A stretch of 64,000 bases of DNA, taken from an uncultured delta proteobacterium. Lineage in GTDB: Bacteria > Desulfobacterota > BSN033 > UBA1163. Below the pieces are notes generated by a model that was given only the letters and a program-made list of their open reading frames with translations, did not search any database and was not told where the DNA came from. The translations under genes and the position numbers were made by a program. Positions 60,548 through 64,000 of the stretch are shown here, piece after piece (the first letter of the stretch is position 1; every line of letters starts with the position of its first letter). Where the stretch lies: the NCBI GenBank assembly GCA_963708295.1, contig CAVPSJ010000014.1, positions 224,001 to 288,000 on the forward strand, in the 5' to 3' direction.

Positions 60548-61129
60548 ATGAGTATGGACCTGGAGACAAAGGAATATTTGGAAAGAATATTACTGGGCGT
60601 GGTCAACAAAGAGGACATGGAGAAGTTGAGGCAGGAAATGAAGTCAAATTTCCGTCAATTAAAGGAGGAGAATAAGAATCAGGCCCTTGAATGGAGACAG
60701 GAAGTAAAGGCCGAGCTTGAGCAATTGAGAAAGGGTGGTGCGGGGGAACCCGATCCGATCCGGAAAGAATTCAGAGATGGAATCAAGGAACTCAAGGCCG
60801 AGACTCAGTCTGCCCTTGATCAACCCATCCAGAAATTAGAGACTTTTCTTCAGGACCTGAAGGAGGAAAGAGAAGCCCCTTCGGCCGGTGCCAGCGAAGG
60901 GTTCCGCACCGATGTGAGTGGATTGAAGGATGGAATAGAGAGTCTGAGAGAAGGGATCAAGGAAGTCACGGAGGAGATCCTCTACATCAAAGAGAAGATG
61001 AAGGACGGTTTTGTTGAAGTCCAGACGGAATTGGGTTCGATGATAAGATTCTCTTATGCAGATCTGGAGAGGAAATTTAGCGCCTTGGAGGCCAGAATCA
61101 AGGCCCTGGAGAAAATGGTTTTTCCCTGA
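60548..61129 (+). CDS. Coiled-coil hypothetical protein
   Basis: E/K/L-rich heptads; TTGACA-17-TATTCA promoter upstream. Confidence 0.7.
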   Translation: MSMDLETKEYLERILLGVVNKEDMEKLRQEMKSNFRQLKEENKNQALEWRQEVKAELEQLRKGGAGEPDPIRKEFRDGIKELKAETQSALDQPIQKLETFLQDLKEEREAPSAGASEGFRTDVSGLKDGIESLREGIKEVTEEILYIKEKMKDGFVEVQTELGSMIRFSYADLERKFSALEARIKALEKMVFP

Positions 61130-61133
61130 TACG

Positions 61134-61348
61134 TTACTAAATTTGCATCTCAGGATCCCTCCCTGTGGACGGGGGTGAAAGATGCGTTTGCTGAAAACAA
61201 AAAGTAAGCAAGCCAGATGCTGAAACCAGTTCAGCATGACAAAACGGGTTGGTACGGGTCTTCTTGTCATCCCGAACTTGTTTCGGGATCTCGTATTCTG
61301 GTTTATGAATGTAGGTTTAGACGGCCCACCCTGCAGACGGGGTTTTTC
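61134..61348. repeat. Composite palindromic element with nested GTCAT-type REP pair
   Basis: agatgctgaaaccagttcagcatgaca and tgtcatcccgaacttgtttcgggatct, flanked by ccc..ggg hairpins. Confidence 0.55.
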
Positions 61349-62009
61349 ACTTCCCGCTTTTCTCCTTATATCCTCCTGCGAAGGTAATGACACAGATGGT
61401 CCTGTAAGTGGGGTGACGGCCGAAGGCCACTCCGATCACGCGAAAATCCGGGTTGAAGATATCTTTTCTGTGCCCCCGATTCGAGACCCCGTCGTCTACG
61501 ATTAAAAACGCCACGATATTTCGAGCTTTGCCACTGCCGCAGGCGATACTTTCGGCAATGCTTTTCTCCCAGGCCCCGTAGCGATTGACTCTGTCCCAGA
61601 CCTGGCTTCCGTCGCTCCCCTTGTGTTGAGTGGAGCCTGATGATCCTTGATCCGTGACATGATCCCTGGCTCCCAGGGACATCCCTTTCGATGCGTTAAG
61701 GGGAAAGATAGGTTTGACAGAGCGCAGGTAACGAACGGCCTCGACCACTGCCTTCGCTCCTTCTTTTGTCAGGATGGGAGTCTCTCCGGGAAGTTTCAGG
61801 AGTTTTTTATCATAATACTTCTTATATCCTTCAAGAAGCGAAGCATAGTCTTTAGGAGCCGTTCGGGCCTTGTTGATCTCATCAACCACGGCATTTTCCA
61901 AAGGCGAAAGGGGATTGGCTTTTTCATTGGCACTGGACCGAGGGGTTCCGACAAGGGGGCTAAACAAGAGAATCAGGAGGATAATCGATGAAAACTCGGA
62001 AGACAACAT
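61347..62009 (-). CDS. CAP/SCP domain secreted protein
   Basis: EINKART.P, ARDH, H.GSDGS, VDDGVSNRGHRKDIFNPDF..IGV. Confidence 0.85.
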   Translation of the reverse strand: MLSSEFSSIILLILLFSPLVGTPRSSANEKANPLSPLENAVVDEINKARTAPKDYASLLEGYKKYYDKKLLKLPGETPILTKEGAKAVVEAVRYLRSVKPIFPLNASKGMSLGARDHVTDQGSSGSTQHKGSDGSQVWDRVNRYGAWEKSIAESIACGSGKARNIVAFLIVDDGVSNRGHRKDIFNPDFRVIGVAFGRHPTYRTICVITFAGGYKEKSGK

Positions 62010-62082
62010 TGTTTTCCCGAATTTTCTTCGTTTCCCATCCAAGACAGAATGAGGAGAGCGAAGGATATTCATAGGAAAGCCT

Positions 62083-62580
62083 TTATCTCCGGCTGGATTC
62101 TCTGAAGAGGCGTTTTGCCTTCAGAAGGTATTCGATGTCCTGTTCATCTTTTACATTTGGTTTCCTGATCTTCTTAAGGCGGATGAGATCGTCAATGGAT
62201 GGAATTCGAAAGCTGAAATCCTCTTTTGGGTCCTTTTTCAGGATGGAATGGTCGTAGCAATCTTCAAACTCAATCGTCTCGTGATCGACGTTTCTGACAC
62301 TTCTTTGGAAGAATAGATCAAATTTTCTTAGTCCGGAAAAAGCGCTTACCACGGGTTTTTTCGTGTCGGGAGAATGAGAAATCTCTAAGCCGAGTTTATC
62401 CAGAAGCAAAGAAAGAACCCTTTTCTTGTCTTCCGGATGAATCCAGAGATCCGTGTCGGCTGTGAGAACTGGCCCCCCGTAAAGGATCACGGCACGACGT
62501 CCGATAATTAAATAACGGATTTTTCCCCGATTCAGCTCTCGAATCAACTTCAAAAAGCTAACTTCTTTTTCCGGTTCCAT
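62083..62580 (-). CDS. Nucleotidyltransferase-fold protein (DUF6036-like)
   Basis: YLIIGRRAVILYG..TADTDLWI..DLIRLK..KDEQDI. Confidence 0.72.
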   Translation of the reverse strand: MEPEKEVSFLKLIRELNRGKIRYLIIGRRAVILYGGPVLTADTDLWIHPEDKKRVLSLLLDKLGLEISHSPDTKKPVVSAFSGLRKFDLFFQRSVRNVDHETIEFEDCYDHSILKKDPKEDFSFRIPSIDDLIRLKKIRKPNVKDEQDIEYLLKAKRLFRESSRR

Positions 62581-62761
62581 GTTCTTTCAGACCAAACTTT
62601 TTGATGAACAACTGAATTTCTTCCCACTCTCGATCGATATGATTTAACCTTTCAACGGGAGAAAACTTGGAAAACCAGAGAAGATCCTCGGCCAACTGCC
62701 GCTGCCGCCACAAGGGGATATCCTTGAGGGATCTCGGGTATGTGATCTTTTTTGAAGCCAT
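62558..62761 (-). CDS. Small hypothetical protein overlapping the nucleotidyltransferase gene
   Basis: GGAGAGG RBS; 67 aa; FSPVERL motif. Confidence 0.65.
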   Translation of the reverse strand: MASKKITYPRSLKDIPLWRQRQLAEDLLWFSKFSPVERLNHIDREWEEIQLFIKKFGLKEHGTGKRS

Positions 62762-62848
62762 TACCTCTCCTTCAATTCAGGCAAGTTTATCATGTTTGGC
62801 AGGAATTTTGAACAAAAAAGGGCAGATCGTGGCCCATTCGATATTTCC

Positions 62849-63766
62849 TTAGAATAACGCCTCTACGAAATCCGTGGCGTTAAATTCCTTCAAATCGTCG
62901 ATTCCTTCGCCCACGCCGATATACCGAATTGGAATGTTCAGCTCTTCTGTGATTCCGATAATGATTCCTCCCTTGGCTGTTCCGTCGAGCTTGGTGAGGG
63001 CGATGCCTGTCACACCGATCGCCTCGTTGAAAAGTTTCGCCTGGGAGATGGCGTTCTGGCCGGTGGTGGCGTCAAGAACGAGGAGGATCTCATGAGGGGC
63101 CCCCGGACATTCCCGGCTGACGATTCGTTTTATCTTCTTGAGCTCTTCCATCAGATTAACCTTGGTTTGAAGCCTGCCCGCCGTATCGATGAAGACGAGA
63201 TCCGTCTCCCTGGCCTTGGCTGCGTGGATGGCGTCGAAAGCCACAGCGGAAGGGTCCGATCCTTTTGATTGTTTGATCAGATCGGCGCCGACCCGATTGG
63301 CCCAGACCTCAAGCTGCTCCACCGCAGCCGCCCTGAAGGTATCCGCGGCGCCGACCAAGACTTTTTTCCCTTGCGATGAAAACTGATTGGCAATCTTTCC
63401 AATGGTGGTCGTTTTACCGCCTCCATTGACCCCGACCACCATCATGACGAAGGGCTTCGCCTGAGAGAAGTCGATGGAGAGAGGTTTCTCGCCTGATTTC
63501 AGGATTTGAAGAATTTCTTGCTTAATAAAATCTTTTACCTTCTGGGGTTCCTGAAGCTCTCCTCTTTTGAGCCCCTGACGGACGCCTTCGATCAATTGGC
63601 TGGATGTCTTCACTCCCAAATCGGCCTCAAAAAGAAGACCTTCCAATTCGTCCAGGACATCCTGGTCAATGGTCTTCTTTCCCAGGAAGAGCTGATCGAT
63701 CTTCTCGACAAACCCCTGATGGGTTTTCGAAAGGCCCTTTTTTAATTTCTCAAAAAAATTCCACAT
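62849..63766 (-). CDS. ftsY: Signal recognition particle receptor
   Basis: [36 protein letters not shown]. Confidence 0.96.
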   Translation of the reverse strand: MWNFFEKLKKGLSKTHQGFVEKIDQLFLGKKTIDQDVLDELEGLLFEADLGVKTSSQLIEGVRQGLKRGELQEPQKVKDFIKQEILQILKSGEKPLSIDFSQAKPFVMMVVGVNGGGKTTTIGKIANQFSSQGKKVLVGAADTFRAAAVEQLEVWANRVGADLIKQSKGSDPSAVAFDAIHAAKARETDLVFIDTAGRLQTKVNLMEELKKIKRIVSRECPGAPHEILLVLDATTGQNAISQAKLFNEAIGVTGIALTKLDGTAKGGIIIGITEELNIPIRYIGVGEGIDDLKEFNATDFVEALF

Positions 63767-63852
63767 TAAATTTTCTCCCAACCTGCTTATGTTTCTTAAT
63801 ATCTATCACCCCCATAGGATAAAATCAAATCTGTTGCCAACCTTTTTTTGAT

Positions 63853-63891
63853 TTGACAAAGTCGTATAACGATATTAAGATAACGTATAAC
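63853..63891 (+). promoter_or_regulatory. Sigma70 promoter with repeated CGTATAAC (possible autoregulatory operator)
   Basis: TTGACA-17-TAAGAT; cgtataac at 63863 and 63884. Confidence 0.55.
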
Positions 63892-63910
63892 CATTTTTGG
63901 AGGTTACAGC

Positions 63911-64000
63911 ATGGGAACAAAAGTGAAAGTAGGTCCGAAGTATCAGGTGGTCATCCCGCAAACGGTCCGGAAGAAGGTTGCCATCTCCCCCAAGAAAGAA
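63911..64000 (+). CDS. AbrB/MazE-family DNA-binding protein (partial, runs off the window)
   Basis: MGTKVKVGPKYQVVIPQTVRKK; GGAGG RBS. Confidence 0.75.
   Translation, partial: MGTKVKVGPKYQVVIPQTVRKKVAISPKKE

Noticed and set aside
1-64000. CRISPR array, rRNA, integrase or autonomous transposase
   Set aside because: No regularly spaced direct repeats with unique spacers, and no recognisable motifs were seen.

Overview
Chromosomal window from an anaerobic, selenocysteine-using bacterium; gene content suggests a Desulfobacterota/Syntrophales-like deltaproteobacterium (inference). In order it contains: a GntR-regulated acyl-CoA locus with a decayed fixX; tadA, two tRNA-Ser, a GIY-YIG insert, ffs, dnaX, ybaB and recR; a porCDAB operon running into a NuoEFG/BfuCBA-like diaphorase module; tRNA-Sec and selA; a UshA-like selenoprotein (CxxU); hyp maturation genes interrupted by a sugar-acid cluster (IolC-like kinase, UxuB-like SDR, ABC transporter, LarA-family epimerase, gluconokinase); a CxxCH-bearing sensor kinase with NarL-type regulators; and a [NiFeSe] MvhGA hydrogenase linked to a QmoC-like membrane subunit, a large HdrA/GltD fusion and MvhD, with no HdrB in the window. 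Intergenic DNA carries several palindromic repeat/MITE families. Many genes have single-base frameshifts that look like long-read assembly errors. No CRISPR array or rRNA was seen. All product calls come from motif recognition by eye, not from database searches.
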